64,000 nucleotides of DNA from Pristiophorus japonicus. Its lineage: Eukaryota. Location of the stretch: assembly GCF_044704955.1 (NCBI RefSeq), contig NC_091978.1:319796001-319860000 (forward strand), read 5' to 3'. Shown here in pieces: positions 11,166 to 24,510 of this stretch. Every line of letters begins with the position of its first letter. Position 1 is the stretch's first letter. Below the pieces are notes generated by a model that made no database searches, was not told the origin of the DNA, and was given only the letters and a program-made list of their open reading frames with translations. The translations under genes were made by a program, and so were the position numbers.

Positions 11166-11569
11166 TAGCGACGCACAAATCCTTTGACAACAAACTGTGT
11201 GGCAGAAACTCTCTCCTAAAGAAGGTTGTTTCTCTTGCTGATAAGGCGAAAGTAATTGCGATACTCAATGGGCCGAATGTTTCCTAGATTCCCTGAGTGA
11301 AATCACCAAGCAGTTTGGTATATCACAGCCTTTTTATAAAGATTTGTTGTGCTGCTGTAATGTGTACATTGGAATGGAGCAAATTACATAAATATACTTT
11401 GTTATCCGTAACAATTGTGAGACTGTTTTTACAGTGCTGGAATTGTAATCCAGTTTGCATTATATTGCTAACTTCTTTCTAAACTTGATACAGCACTTAA
11501 AATAGATAAAAGAATAGAACGGTTAAGTGAATAAAATTACTTGGAAAAATCATTTTTCATTTAACAGTT

Positions 11570-11930
11570 TTCCTCTGTCGGCCCAGTATCTCCAGTCTCT
11601 CCTCAAACTATAGTTTCTCACACCTGATATCATCCTGGTGAATCTACGCTTTAATGTCCTTTTCTATCATGGTACTTTTACTGTGGCCTAACCAATGTTT
11701 TGTGCAAATTTATCATTACTACTTTACTTTTGCATTCGATGCCTCTATTTACAAAGCTCAAAATGCTGTTGGCCTTATTATATCTTGCCTACCTTCACTT
11801 TTGAAGAATTATGTTATATTTGAACCCCTCTCTGTTCATCCATACCTTTTAGCATATTTCTTTGAGTATTTACTCCCATTTCTTGTTTTTCTTCCCATGT
11901 ATTACATCACATTTCTCCACATTAAATTGT
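11570..11930 (-). mobile_element. Highly degenerate CR1 fragment
   Basis: Reverse-strand remnants such as ATCATCCTGGTGAATCT and TGTGGCCTAACCAATG resemble the other CR1 copies. Confidence 0.4.
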
Positions 11931-14900
11931 ATCTATACACCCTCTGCAACTGGTTGTGACGGCTTGAGTCAAGGGCTAACTGGCACTGTAATCTGTCTGC
12001 AAAGGTTAGCCTGAGTTTTCTTTTGCCTTTTCTAGATCGAATAATGTGATGTGTTGCATCTTGGGAGGAAGGGGAAAAAACACAAAACTGGAGTAGATTA
12101 GAAGAGGTAGAATAAATGCAGAAATACTTGTTCTTATGAAACAAAGCCTTCTCCGCTGACAATTGATATTAAGTTTAGACAGACTCCTACGTGTGGTCTT
12201 ATTGTGGCCAGGGAGCATTGTAAGGCCAACTGAGTAATGTTCAGAGGGTCAGTGATATGGTTTCACTTGGAATAGCCCTGTTGCATGATGTAGCTGCTCA
12301 TTAAATTAAATTATGATCCAATGAATGCCAATCCTTCCCTCCTGTTGCACAGTTGAATGAACTCTGCAATGTCATTATTTCTGTGTTGAAAAGATGTGCT
12401 TTCCAAGTAACCACTTTGAAGTCAGAATAAGTCACTCAATGAAGAAAACTGGGACCCAGAGCTGATGGTAACTGGGTCTGAGGCGATAGTCTGAACACTG
12501 CATTGTACACAGGCTAAAATATTCAAAGCAAAGCCCACCAAAGTGTATGTAACTTAATTAGAACTGAATAAGCAGTGTTCTTGTGGTTGGGATGTTTGCT
12601 GGCATATCAGTTATTGATGTAACCATTCATCTGGTTGTATAATTCAAACAAACTTCAAAAGAGTTAACCACACATATTGAAAGGATTGATGGCTTATTTC
12701 AAGTATAATCATGCCTCTGTTCTTGGCAACCATCCTATTTCAACACCTATTAGCCTGATGTGGAATAATGCCTCTAATAATCTTAGGCAAATACAGTTGT
12801 ATTTTCTTGTTACTGTCATTGGCATACATTTACATTGTAAACTGAATTAATAGAGTCCATCTAAAAGGGTGTTTGTATTAAAAGGCTGATTCAGTGGTAG
12901 GTGCCATGGATTCAATTGCTGAGTTCCTGATATTGGTTATGTCACTGTGTGGAAGCATCAAGTGGAAGCCATCTATTCCCTATGCGGATAGAGGGAAAAT
13001 TGGCAGGCAAATCATCCACTTGTTCATCTCCTAGCAGCCACTTCAGAGGGCTATAAACAGAGACCTAAAAGCAGGTCGCCCACTTCTTCTATCGGTCATA
13101 GATGGTGTATGATCCCCTCCCACCATTCTGGGATGTTGAGACATCCTCCCACCCACCAGTTACAAAATGATGATTAAGATCCTTTTATTCTTTCCTTCTG
13201 TTTCAATCATACTTTAAAGTATTTTTTGTTTAAAAAATGATCTTGACTGTTGAGAAGCCAACATAACATTGTTAGAAGCAGTCATAAACCTGAGGTGATC
13301 AGCAGTGACTGTGTATGTTGAGTCAGCTGCCTCACACTGTAGGGCTTAGTAATCCTTACAAACTGGTAACCCTGATGATGTCATTGACACTCACTTTTTA
13401 AACAGAAATATTCCAAAAATGTATGAGTGAACAATATAAAGGAATGTAAATCATAAGGCTTTGTAACTTTAATTTTTAAATAGGGTGCTGATGAGATTCT
13501 CATGCCTTTTTGGTTGCACCCTTAACCACCAACTCCCCTCCACCCCCCCCCCGCCACCCCAACCCCCCACTGTCTGTTTCCCCACTTTGCCTGAAAGTTT
13601 TGATTCATACAGGCCATGACAATTCCTCCAGTACCTTGCCCATGTGGCCATTCTTCACATGTAAACCAAGTCAGTGAGTATCTGTGGGCTATTTGATTGT
13701 GGAAGGCAGTCTAGCTGTACAGTCGCCACCTGATGTAACAGAGCATAACAGCTAGCTGTCCTCATTTCTTTCCCTGAAAACTCTTAAGACAAAACTTATC
13801 ACTCTGTCAAGGCTTGAACTGAAAAACAACATAACCATTGGATGTTTATTTGTGATATAAAATTTATTACATCTGGTTTGTAAAGCAAGACGGGTGGATG
13901 TGCGTCCCTCGCCTTCTATTGACGCAAATCCTTGAACTAAACCAGTCTTCCCTTTGGAATTATCCCAATGTTGCTATTTCTGCTCTAGTTTGAGTCATTT
14001 AAGAAATTCCTGTGTGAATGCTGCAGAGCCGTGTGCCAGAATTTTCAACTGTTTCTCCTCTCTGGGCTTTTTTTTATAGGCCTCACTGGGAGGAAGTACA
14101 GAACTTGGGATCTGCAGACATCCTGTTCTTCAGTGTGATTTGTTTTTTTTATGCCGCAATGAGAGAACATCAGAGTTCAACATAAAATGAGTTGATTATT
14201 GTCAGAATTTGGAGTATAGTGGAGTGTTAGTGCTGTGTTAATATCCTGACCGAAATGTAATTTCTAACGTAGTAACACTATCTGAATTGAGACAACATAA
14301 CCGACATCATGCTGGGTTGTGCTCAGTGGCATTGTGTAATGTGGGAAAGGTCAAAGGTTAGCTACTTTTCTGTAACATTTTAATTTGATAAAGATGGGAC
14401 TATTTAGAGAGGTAAATAAAATTGGCTATATAAGCCTTTCAGGCTTGCTACATACTATGATTAAAAACTGAAAAAGCCAATTTGTGTCTAAAGGAGAAAA
14501 GTTAACTTTTAGTGGTAGCATTTTAGCCAGATCTGGTACACCAGAAACGTTAACCTGCCTCTGTCCTGCACTGTATTTTCCAACACTTTCTGTTTTCATT
14601 TTTGATTTCCAGCATTTAGTTTTTTTCTTTTTATCTTTTGGTACCTTCCATAAATGTATAAGTAAATCTTCAAACAATGATGATAGCTTATCAAGCTCCA
14701 TATACCAATTATGTTTAATGATTCAGCCCTCAGAAAAGCTGACCCACAGGAAGGACACAAATTGAGCCTCAACTCTGGCATTATGGCAGATAGGGGCCAA
14801 AAACTAGAACTAAATCTGTGTTCACGAAGAAAAATGTTTTGCTGCTATCTATCTGCTGATTGCCTCTGGACAGTACTGCAAGCTGTATGTGCCAGAATGT

Positions 14901-16125
14901 ACTAATCTACAAAGTGATTGAATTAAAGACACAAATCCCAAGCCAAGTCATTCGAAAATTGCCAGTTCTCTTCATGGAATAATCACTTCATATGAAAGAG
15001 CTAATTCCATGATCCCAGTGGGGAGTCACTAGGTGGAGAAACCTAATAATGTTCAGGATTTTTTGGGGAAGGAGAAGATGGTCATATAGTGCATACTTTT
15101 TTTTTCCCGGGGGGATCTCTTTAAAAACCTGTGGTTGGCAATGGGGGAAATGAAGGGGTCAGGAATTTGAGATTTTCAGTGTGCATACTTTATAGATGAC
15201 CTCTGAGACATACTGTTGGAGCAGAGCAGAAGGATTTTCTTTTTCTGCATCTGGCTTATACTATACGTGACCTAGGAATGCTCTGCTGACAGTGGATGCA
15301 TAAAAAACCCAATTTGTTTTTAAAAGAAATATATAATTCTTCAGCTTTAACATCCCTTACCTTGGTGAGAATGAAATAAAGCAACCAAAATGTACAGAAA
15401 TTATCTTTAAAACCAGAAATATTTATGTCACTATTTTCCTCGATGCATCAAAGCATTTTTCAGATAAGCAGATTATCTGGCGAATTGCCAATCATAGTAT
15501 AATAGTGATTAAGTATTTTAGCACCAAATAAAAAGCTCACATTCAATAAGTGCCTGTCAGAAATAGTGGTTAAAATACTTTACTGTTAGCCTTCACCACC
15601 CTCAAGTTTTAAATCGTGTGTGATTTTTGTGTTGATTTCACATTAAGCTGTAACATCCTGTGGACACAATCCAGAGGAAGTTATCCAGTGAGAGACTGAG
15701 AAGGGAGCCTTCACAGTTCATTTGGCTCATCGGGTTTTTTGCACGTGTTGGCAGTGCAACATGTTGCCATTATCAAAAAGTACATGAAGATCTGTTTGTG
15801 ATTTCTGACAATAACACCTGTGTACAAGCCTGAGAGGTTTTGAAGAACAAAATATGTATATAAAAAAAATGCATAGATGCAGATGCAGAAAGAGATCCTT
15901 TTTTTGTTCATGAGCAAAGCCATGGGACATTAAACTTGTACATGTAAATATAAACACATTTGTATGGCTTGGCACAATGTATTCATGTAACAATCACATC
16001 CTTTCTCTGCCATTCTAATTCTAACTTTAATTGTAACCCAAATAGAAAACCATTTTTTTTCAGAAATTAAAGACAAGTGACCATTAATTGAATCTTTACG
16101 GTACAAGTAGCTGTAGTGACATATT

Positions 16126-16540
16126 GGCCCTGATCGTTATAGGGCAGCAGGTAAGTAGCCGGGTCACGTGTGGCTGTGAAACCCAGAAATACCGGGAAGG
16201 CTGCTGGCCTGCCGAATTTGACGGCACGACTTCATGAGAATCGTTTGACTCCGTTTCCCACCTGGCAGCCATCCAGATTGAAGGCTGGCCAGCTGTCGTT
16301 TGTAGTAGAAGGCCACAATCAGTAATTATTGGGGGTTGATGGGGGTGCTCGGAGTGGGGGAGGGAGAGATCACGGGGGAGAGCTCGCTGGGGGGTGGGGG
16401 AAGATCGGGCAGGGGAAGGTCGGCTGATCGTGAGGAGGGAGAGTGGGTGGCAAAAGGGTTGGGGTCGGGGGGAAGTACTCCTGCTCCTTCTGACCCACAA
16501 GCAGTGCTGGAAACATAATAGGGGCAGGATTAGGCATTAC
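16126..16540. mobile_element. Partial MITE (family of 4346-5359), cut by a CR1
   Basis: Starts GGCCCTGAT..TTA; contains CCCACAAGCAGTGCTGG as in the 63.9-kb copy. Confidence 0.5.
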
Positions 16541-17505
16541 GGCCCCCCGAGCCTGCTCCGCCATTCGTTAAGATCATGGCTGATATGATCTTGGCCTCAA
16601 CTCCACTTTCCTGCCTCTTCCCTATAACCCTTGACTCCCCTATATCGTTATATTTCAAGAATCTGTCTATCTCCGCCTTGAATGTATTCAGTGACTCAGC
16701 CTCCATAGCTCTCTGGGATGGAGAATTTCAAAGTTCTCGACCCTCTGAGAAGAAATTCCTCCTCATCTCCATCTTAAATGGGTGAGCCATATTCTAAAAC
16801 TCCCCACATCTCTCTTAGCATCTACCTTGTCACGCCCCCTCAAAATCTTAGATGTTTCAATAAGATCACCTCTCATTCTTCTAAACTCCAGTAAGTACAG
16901 GGCCAATCTGCTCAACCTTTCCTCATAAGAAAACCCCGTCATCCCAGAAATCAATCTAGTGAACCTTATCTGAACTGCCTCCAATGCAAATATATCCCCC
17001 CTCAAATAAGGAGACCAAAACTGTTTTCAGTATTCTAGATGAGGTCTCATCAACACCCTGTACAGTCTTCGCTACTTTTATACTCCTTCCCCTGCAATAA
17101 AGGCCAACATTCCATTTGCCTTCCTAATTATTTTCTGTACCTGCATGCTAACTTTTTGTGTTTCATGTACAAGGACGCCCAGATCTCTCTGTACCGCAGC
17201 ATTCTGTAGTCTCCATTTAAATAATATTTTTCTTTTCTATTCTTCCAACCAAAGTGGATAACCCCACATTTGCCCACATTATACTCCCATTTGCCAAATT
17301 TTTGCCCACTCACTTCTATCTATATCCCTTTGCAGCTTGCTTTTGTACCTATTTTTTTATCGTCAGCAAATTTGGCTACAATACACTTGGTTCTTTCATC
17401 CAAGTCATTAATATAGATTGTAAATAGTTGAGGCCCCAGCACTGATCTCTGTGGCACCCGACTAGTTACAGCTACCTGAAAATGACCCATTTAGCACAAC
17501 TCTCT

Positions 17506-17822
17506 GGGCCCGAAATTGGTGGCCTTAGCGTCCGCTGCCCGGCGGTCTCCCCTCTGAGCGAGTTTGGTGGAGTCCTTCCGCCGGCGGGGAGAGAAGACCG
17601 CTGGGTACTGTCTGCTAGCGTGCAACGTCCAGAAGAGTCCTCCCGCCCGCTGAGTTGCCAGTTTGGCCTGGGCGGTCCTCCGCTCCAGCAGGGGAAAAGA
17701 CCGCCATGTGGAGGCAGGTCTGACCTCAATGGTAAGTATGAAGAGCTGCAAAAAAAAGGTTAGTCCACTTTTCTTTTTTTTTTTGCAGTGATTTAAGTGG
17801 ATGAGGTCCCCTGAAGGATTTC
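17506..17822. mobile_element. Partial Harbinger-type MITE inserted in CR1
   Basis: GGGCCCGAAATTG start interrupting the CR1 RT sequence. Confidence 0.55.
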
Positions 17823-19102
17823 GGACTCTGTTTTCTGTTAGTTAGCCAATCTTCTATCCATGCTAATATATTCCTCCCAACACCATGAGCTCTTATCTTG
17901 TGTAGTAACCTTTTATGTGGCACTTTGTCAAATGCCTTTTGGAAATTAAAATACATTACATCTACTGGTTCCCCTTTATCCACCCTGCTCGTTACATCCT
18001 TAAAGAACGCTAATAAATTTGTCAAACACAATTTCCCATTCATAAAACCATGTTGACACTGCTTGATTGTATTATGATGTTCTAAATGTCCTGCTACTAC
18101 TCCCTTAATAATGGATTCCAGCATTTTCTCAATGACAGATGTTAGAGTAACTGGCCTACAGTTTCCTGCTTTCTGTCTCCCTCTCTTGAATAGGGGCGTT
18201 ACATTTGCAGTTTTCCAATCCACTGGGACCTTTCCAGAATCTAGAGAATTTTGGAAAATTACAACTACTGCATCCACTATCTCTGCAGCCACTTTTTTAA
18301 AGACCCTAGGATGCAAGCCATCTGGTCCAGGGGACTTGTCAGCCTTTAGTCCCATTAGTTTGCCTCATACTTTTTCTTTAGTGATAATTGTTTTAATTTC
18401 CTCCCTCCCTTTGCCCCTTGATTTTCTAGTATTATTGGGATGCTTTTAGTGTCTTCTACGTGAAGACAGATACAAAATATTTGTTCAAAGTCTCTGCCAT
18501 TTCCTTGTTTCCCATTATTAATTCCCCAGTCTCTACCTCTAGGGGACCAACATTTACTTTAGCTATTCGCTTCCTTTTTATATATTTGTAGAAGCTCTTG
18601 CAGTCTGTTTCTATATTTCTTGCGAGTTTGCTCTCATTATTTTCTCCCTCTTTATTATTTTTTTAGTCATCCTTTGCTGGTTTCTAAAATGTACCCTATC
18701 TTCTGGCCTACCACTAATCTTCGCAACATTGTCTGACTTTTCTTTCAATTTGATACCATCCTATTTGATACCAGTCTTTCTTTCTCAATGCATATATCTT
18801 TGTCAAGAATTATGAAATATCTCCTTAAATGTCTGCCACTGCTTATCTACTGTCTTACCTTTTAATCTATTTTCCCAGTCCACTTTAGCCAACTGTTTTC
18901 ATACCTTGGTAATTACCTTTATTTAGGTTTAAGACACTAGTTTCAGAACCAAGTTTCTCATCCTCCAACTGAATGTGAAATTCTATCATGATCACTCTTC
19001 CCTAGAGGTTCCTTTACTATGAGATCATTATTTAATCCTGTCTCATTACACATTGCCAGATCTAAAATAGCCTGTTCACTGATTGGTTCCACAATGTAAT
19101 GT

Positions 19103-20227
19103 TATAAGAACATAACATAAGAAATAGGAGCAGGAGTAGGCCATTTGTCCCCTTGAGCCTACTACGCCATTCAATAAGATCATGGCTGATCTGATCATGG
19201 GCTCAGCTCCACTTCCCTGCCCGCTCCCCATAATCCTTTACTCCCTTGTTGCTCAAAAATCTGTCTATCTCCACCTTAAATATATTCAATGACCCAGCCT
19301 CCACAGCTCTCTGGGGCAGAGAATTCTACAGATTTACAACCCACTGAGAGAAGAAATTCCTCCTCATCTCAGTTTTAAATGTGCGACCCCTTATTCTAAA
19401 ACTATGTCCCCTAGTTCTAGATTCCCCCATGAGTGGAAACGTCCTCTTTGCATCTACCTTGTCGGGCCCCTTCATTATCTTGTATGTTTCAATAAGATCA
19501 CCTCTCATTCTTCTGAGCTCCAATGAGCCCAACCTGCTCAACCTTTCATCATAAGTCAACCCCTTATCACAGGAATCAACCGAGTGTACCTTCTTTAAAC
19601 TGCCTCCGATACAAGTATATCCCTCAAATAAGGAGACCAAATCTGTGCGCAGTACTCTAGGTGTGGGCTCACCAATACCCTATACAGTTGTAGCAGGACT
19701 TCTCTGCTTTTATACTCTGTTCCCCTTGCAATAAAGGCCAACATTCCATTTGCCTTCCTGATTACTTGTTGCACCTGCATACTGACTTTTTGTGTTTCAT
19801 TCACAAGGACCCCAGGTCTCTCTATACTGCAGCATTTTGTAATTTTTCTCCATTAATAATTTGCTTTCTCATTTTTTCTGCCAAAGTGGATAACCTCACA
19901 CTTTCCCACATTATACTCAATCTGCCAAATTTTTACCCACTCACTTAGCCTGTCTATATCCCTTTGCAGATCTTTTGTGTCTTCCTCACAATTTGCTTTC
20001 CCACCCACCTTTGTATTATCAGCAAACTTAATTACATTACACTCAGTCCCTTCATGCAAGTCATTAATATAGACTGTAAATAGTTGCGGTCCCAGCACCG
20101 ATACCTATGGCACCCCACTAGTTGCAGTTTGCCAGGCGGAAAATTATCCATTTATCCCGATTCTCTGTTTTCTGTTAGTTAGCCAATCCTCTATTCATGC
20201 TAATATATTACCCTCGACCCCGTGAGG
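19103..20227 (-). mobile_element. 5'-truncated CR1 nested in the endonuclease region of another CR1
   Basis: Own tail (AAGAACATAACATAAGAAATAGGAGC) at ~19103 and RT ORFs 19326-20098. Confidence 0.85.
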
Positions 20228-20935
20228 TTTTTCTAATAAACTGTCCCGAGTACACTCTATGAAATCGTATTCAAGGCTATTATTGTCAATTTGATTTGTC
20301 CAATCTATATGAAGATTAAAGTTACCCACGATTATTGTAGGACCTCTCTTACAAGCCCCCATTATTTTTTGATTTATACTCTGTCTTACAGTGTAGCTAC
20401 TGTTAGGGGGCCTATAGACTACTCCCACCAGTGACTTCTTTCCCTTGTTATTTCTTATCTCCACCCAAACTGATTGTACATCTTGATCTTATGAGCCGAG
20501 ATCATTTCTCACGACTGTACTGATATCCTTTATTAACAGAGCTACCCCACCTCCTTGTCCTTTCAGCCTATCCTTCTGAAATATCAAGTACCCCTGAATA
20601 TTCAGTTCCCAGCCTTGGTGATCTTGCAACCACGTCTCTGTAATGGTTATCAGATCATACCCATTTATTTCTATTTCTGCCATCAATTTTTTTATCTTGT
20701 TATGAATGCTGCGTGCATTCAGGCAAAAACCCTAAATGCAGTAGATGATCTTCTTCCATCCAGTATCTTCCATTTATTATGTAATTTATAGAGTTATGGC
20801 CGAAAAGTGAAGTTGAAATAGATCAGCCATGATACTGAATGGCGAAGCGGTCTCAGTGGGCTGTATGGCTTACTCCTGTCGGACGATAGATGAGATTTAT
20901 GGCACCAAGGAGCCCTAGCGAAACTGAGACTAATA

Positions 20936-21812
20936 AGAACAACAACTTGCATTTATATAGCATCTTTAACATAGTAAAATGTCTCAAGGTGCTTAATAAG
21001 AGTGTTATCAAACAAAATTTGACACTGAGCCACATAAGGAGATATTAGGACAGATGACCAAAAGCTTAGTCAAAGAGGTAGGGTTTAAGGAGCATCTTGC
21101 AGGAGCAGTGGGAGGTGGAGAGGTTTAGGGAGGGAATTCCAGAGCTTAGGACCTAGCGAGCTGAAGGCACGAACGCCATTGGTGGAGCGTTTAAAATTGG
21201 GGTTGCGCAAGAGGCCAGAATTGGAGGAGCACAGAGATCTCGATGGGTTGTAGTCCTGGAAGAGGTTACAGAGATAGGGAGGGGCGAGGACATGGAGGGA
21301 TTTGAAAATAAGGATGGCCATTTTAACATTGAAAAGTTTCTGGATCAGGAGTAAATGTAGGTCAGCGAGCACAGGAGTGATAGGTGAACGGGACTGAGTG
21401 CGAGTTAGAATACGGGCAGCAGAGTTTTGGATCAACTCAATTTATGTAGGGTGGAAGTTGGAAGGCCGGTCAGGAAAACATTGGAATAATCAAGTCTAGA
21501 GGTAACAAAGGCATGGATGAAGGTTTCAGCAGCAGATGACTTGAGGCAGGAGCAGAGTCGGGCGATGTTATGGAGATGGAAGTAGGTGGTCTTGGTGATG
21601 AAGCAGATATGTGGTCAGAAGCTCACCTCTGAGTCAAATACAACAAAAAAAGTTGCGAACGGTTTAGCCTCGGACAGTTGCCAGGAAGAGGGACAGTGTC
21701 TTTGGCTATAGAACGGCCTTTGGCTATAGAACGGAGTTTATGGCAGGAACCAATGACGATGGCTTCTGTCTTCCCAATATTTTATTGGAAAAAATTTCTG
21801 CTCATCCAGTAC
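20936..21812 (-). mobile_element. L2 LINE 3' fragment
   Basis: ORF 21085-21435 IQNSAARILT..SPITPVLADLH..RAFS..GPKLWNSLP; tail AACAACAACTTGCATTTATATAGC. Confidence 0.85.
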
Positions 21813-21814
21813 TG

Positions 21815-23495
21815 GTAATCCAATAAGGGTCACAAAGGAAACTGGTTCTGGTTGTTCAAGGCCAATTATCACAGCCCAGGACATTGATCCTAATGGCAAT
21901 ATCCTCAGATATTTCATCATTAATCTTCCCTCCATCATAAGGTCAGGAGTGAAATGGGCTGTTTACGAATGATTTTACAATATTCAGCTCGCTTCACAAC
22001 TCCGAAAATGAAGCAGCTTATGCCACCCTCCAGGACCTGGACAATAGCCATGCTTCAACTGACAAGTGGCAAATAACATTTGTGCCACAAGTGTCAGGTA
22101 GTGACCATTTCCAATGCAAAAGTTCCACCTACTTCCCCCTGATCTTCAACGATACAACCTATGACCCCACCATCAACATCCTGAGGATTATCATAGACCA
22201 GAAGCTTAACTGAAAGTCATTTCTGCAACAAGGCTATGAGAGCAAGGCAGAGGTGATGAGCAGCTCAACTGCTGACTCCTCAAAGCCCCTTTGTTATCTA
22301 CAAGGCTCAAGTCAGAAATATGACAGAATATTCACTAGTCATCTGGATGGGGGAAGCTGCAACAATACCCAAGAAACCCAATACTATCCAAGACAGAGCA
22401 GTCCATTTGATTGGTGCTCCTGGGCCACCACCTCCACCATTGGCATATCGTGGCTGCAGTATGTATTAGCCAAAGGAGATGTTGGCCTAGAAATCCCGGT
22501 CGAGATCTTCCCGCGGGCAAACGACTGAAAAAGGGAAAAAAGATGCGCACTTACCTGTTCCTGCTGCGTCCACCAGTGATCCCAGTCCTGAGGCCTCCTC
22601 TCTCTGCGCGTCAGAGCGCGTGTACGTCTGAACATCCGTAAACTGGCGCTGGAGTCACATGACTCTGGGCAGCCAATCCAGGTACAATATTTTCTCATTC
22701 ATAATGGGAACTCTAAGTTGGAGTTCCCATTATTATGATTGAGAAACAACCCCCCAAACACCAAAACAAAAATATTAAAAATAGAAAAAATACACCACAC
22801 TTTTAAGATTAATTTAAATTAAAAGTTTATTAATGTCAAAAAATATATATATTTTTCCAATTAAAAAAAAAAAAAAAAAAGTTTTTAAAATTATGGTTTA
22901 AAATAAACTTATTGTAGTGGGCGGGGTTTTAAACAATAAAATGTGTTTTTTAAATTTTATTTTATAATATTTATATGTGTTTTAAAACTCTTATGCCTGT
23001 AAACGTTGGAGAAGCGGAGGATCTGTCAAGCTGGAGCTTGACAGATTGGAAAAGCCAGTTTTCAGCGCATACGCATTGCACGCTAAAAACCAGCTTTTGC
23101 AATGCCTTCCCAGGTCCGTACACACTCCGTACAGACTCGGGGAGGCCGGGATTTCCAGGCCATTGTGGCAACTCACCAAACTTACTTCAAAAGCAACTCC
23201 CTGCCATGTGGTCGCTACCATCAAAAAGGACAAAAGCAGCAAGATTATGTAAACACCATCACTTCCAAGTTCCACTCCAAATCCACAACATTTTGACTTG
23301 GGCATGAGCAGCCATTCTTCCAATGTAACAAACTAAAAATCCTAGAATTTCCTACGTAACAATATTGTGGGGCACGATCACCACAAGGGTTGTGGCAGTT
23401 CAAGGAGAAGGCCCACCACCAGCTTCTCAAACCAGTTAGGGAAGGACAATAAGAATACTTCTTTTTCTAGAGTCCCCATATCCTGAAAACAAATT
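21815..23495 (+). mobile_element. Degenerate CR1/L2-group LINE 3' portion, interrupted by a MITE
   Basis: Similar to the minus-strand copy at 23790-24510 (TACAAGGCTCAAGTCAG; GCAGTTCAAG..CACCACC..CTTCTCAA). Confidence 0.65.
22484..23161. mobile_element. Harbinger-type MITE
   Basis: 16-bp TIRs GGCCTAGAAATCCCGG / CCGGGATTTCCAGGCC (15/16); flanks GTT / ATT. Confidence 0.75.
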
Positions 23496-23789
23496 AAGAA
23501 AACCTTTTTGGCATCAAAGCACCTAAAATCCTTTTTTTGCATTACTGAAGATAAGATCATTGTTCTGCAGATTGGTGAACAAGCCTCTTTGGGCTGCAAG
23601 GGACAGAGATACATTCCATTTTACTGCAAATTCTGCTTCCTAACAGCCAGTCTCCACAGTTTTTTTTCAAGCTTGTGCCTATGATCATGTTATCACCAGT
23701 CACTGTATAAACACAGAGATTGTTTGAACAGAACAAAAAGTCTGTCATAATTCTTTGTAATTTCATTTTAAAAAGGGTTCTAATCTTTA

Positions 23790-24510
23790 AATTTTTTTTT
23801 AAATTGTGGGCGTCGCTGGCAAGACTAGCATTTATTGTCCATTCCTAATTACCCTTGAGAAGGTGACAGTGAGCTGCCGCCTTGAAACACAGCAGTGGTG
23901 GTGGTGTTCCCAATGCTCCTGCTGCCCTTGTTCTTCTAGGTGGTAGAGGTCATGGGTTTGAGAAGTGCTGTCGAAGAAGCTTTGGCGAGTTGCTGCAGTG
24001 AATCCTGTAGATGGTACATACTGCAGCCACGTTGCGCTGGTGGTGGAGGGAGTGAATGTTTAAGGTGGTGGATGGGGTGCCAATCAAGCGGTCTGCTTTG
24101 TTCTGGATGGTGTCGAGCTTCTTAAGTGTTGTTGGAGCTGCACTCATCCAAGTAAGTGGAGAGTATTCCAACACACTTCTGACTTGTGCCTTGTAGATGG
24201 TGGAAAGGCTTTGGGAGTCAGGAGGTAAGTCACTCACTGCAGAATACCCAACACCTGCCCTGCTCTTGTTGCCACAGTATTTATATGGCTGGTCCAGTTA
24301 AGTTTCTGATCATTGGTTACCCCCAGGATGTTGATGGTGGGGGATTTTGCGATGATGATGCCATTGAATATCAAGGGGTGGTTAGACTCTCTTGTTGGAG
24401 ATGGTAATTGCCTGTGACTTGTGTGCTGTGAATGTTACGTGTCACATATCAGCTCAAATCTGGATGTTGTCCAGGTCTTGCTGCATGTAGGCACAAACTG
24501 CTTCATTATT
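23790..24510 (-). mobile_element. CR1/L2-group LINE 3' fragment
   Basis: ORF 23950-24237 IYKAQVRSVLEYSPLTWMSAAPTTLKKLDTIQNKA; 3' tail at ~23790-23880. Confidence 0.8.

Larger units (their letters stand above)
16541..20735 (-). mobile_element. CR1 LINE (endonuclease + RT, degenerate) interrupted by a MITE and a second CR1
   Basis: RT ORF 17726-18355; endonuclease ORFs 20195-20686 (ITETWL, VYRPPNS); endonuclease sequence breaks at ~19102 and resumes at ~20228. Confidence 0.9.
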
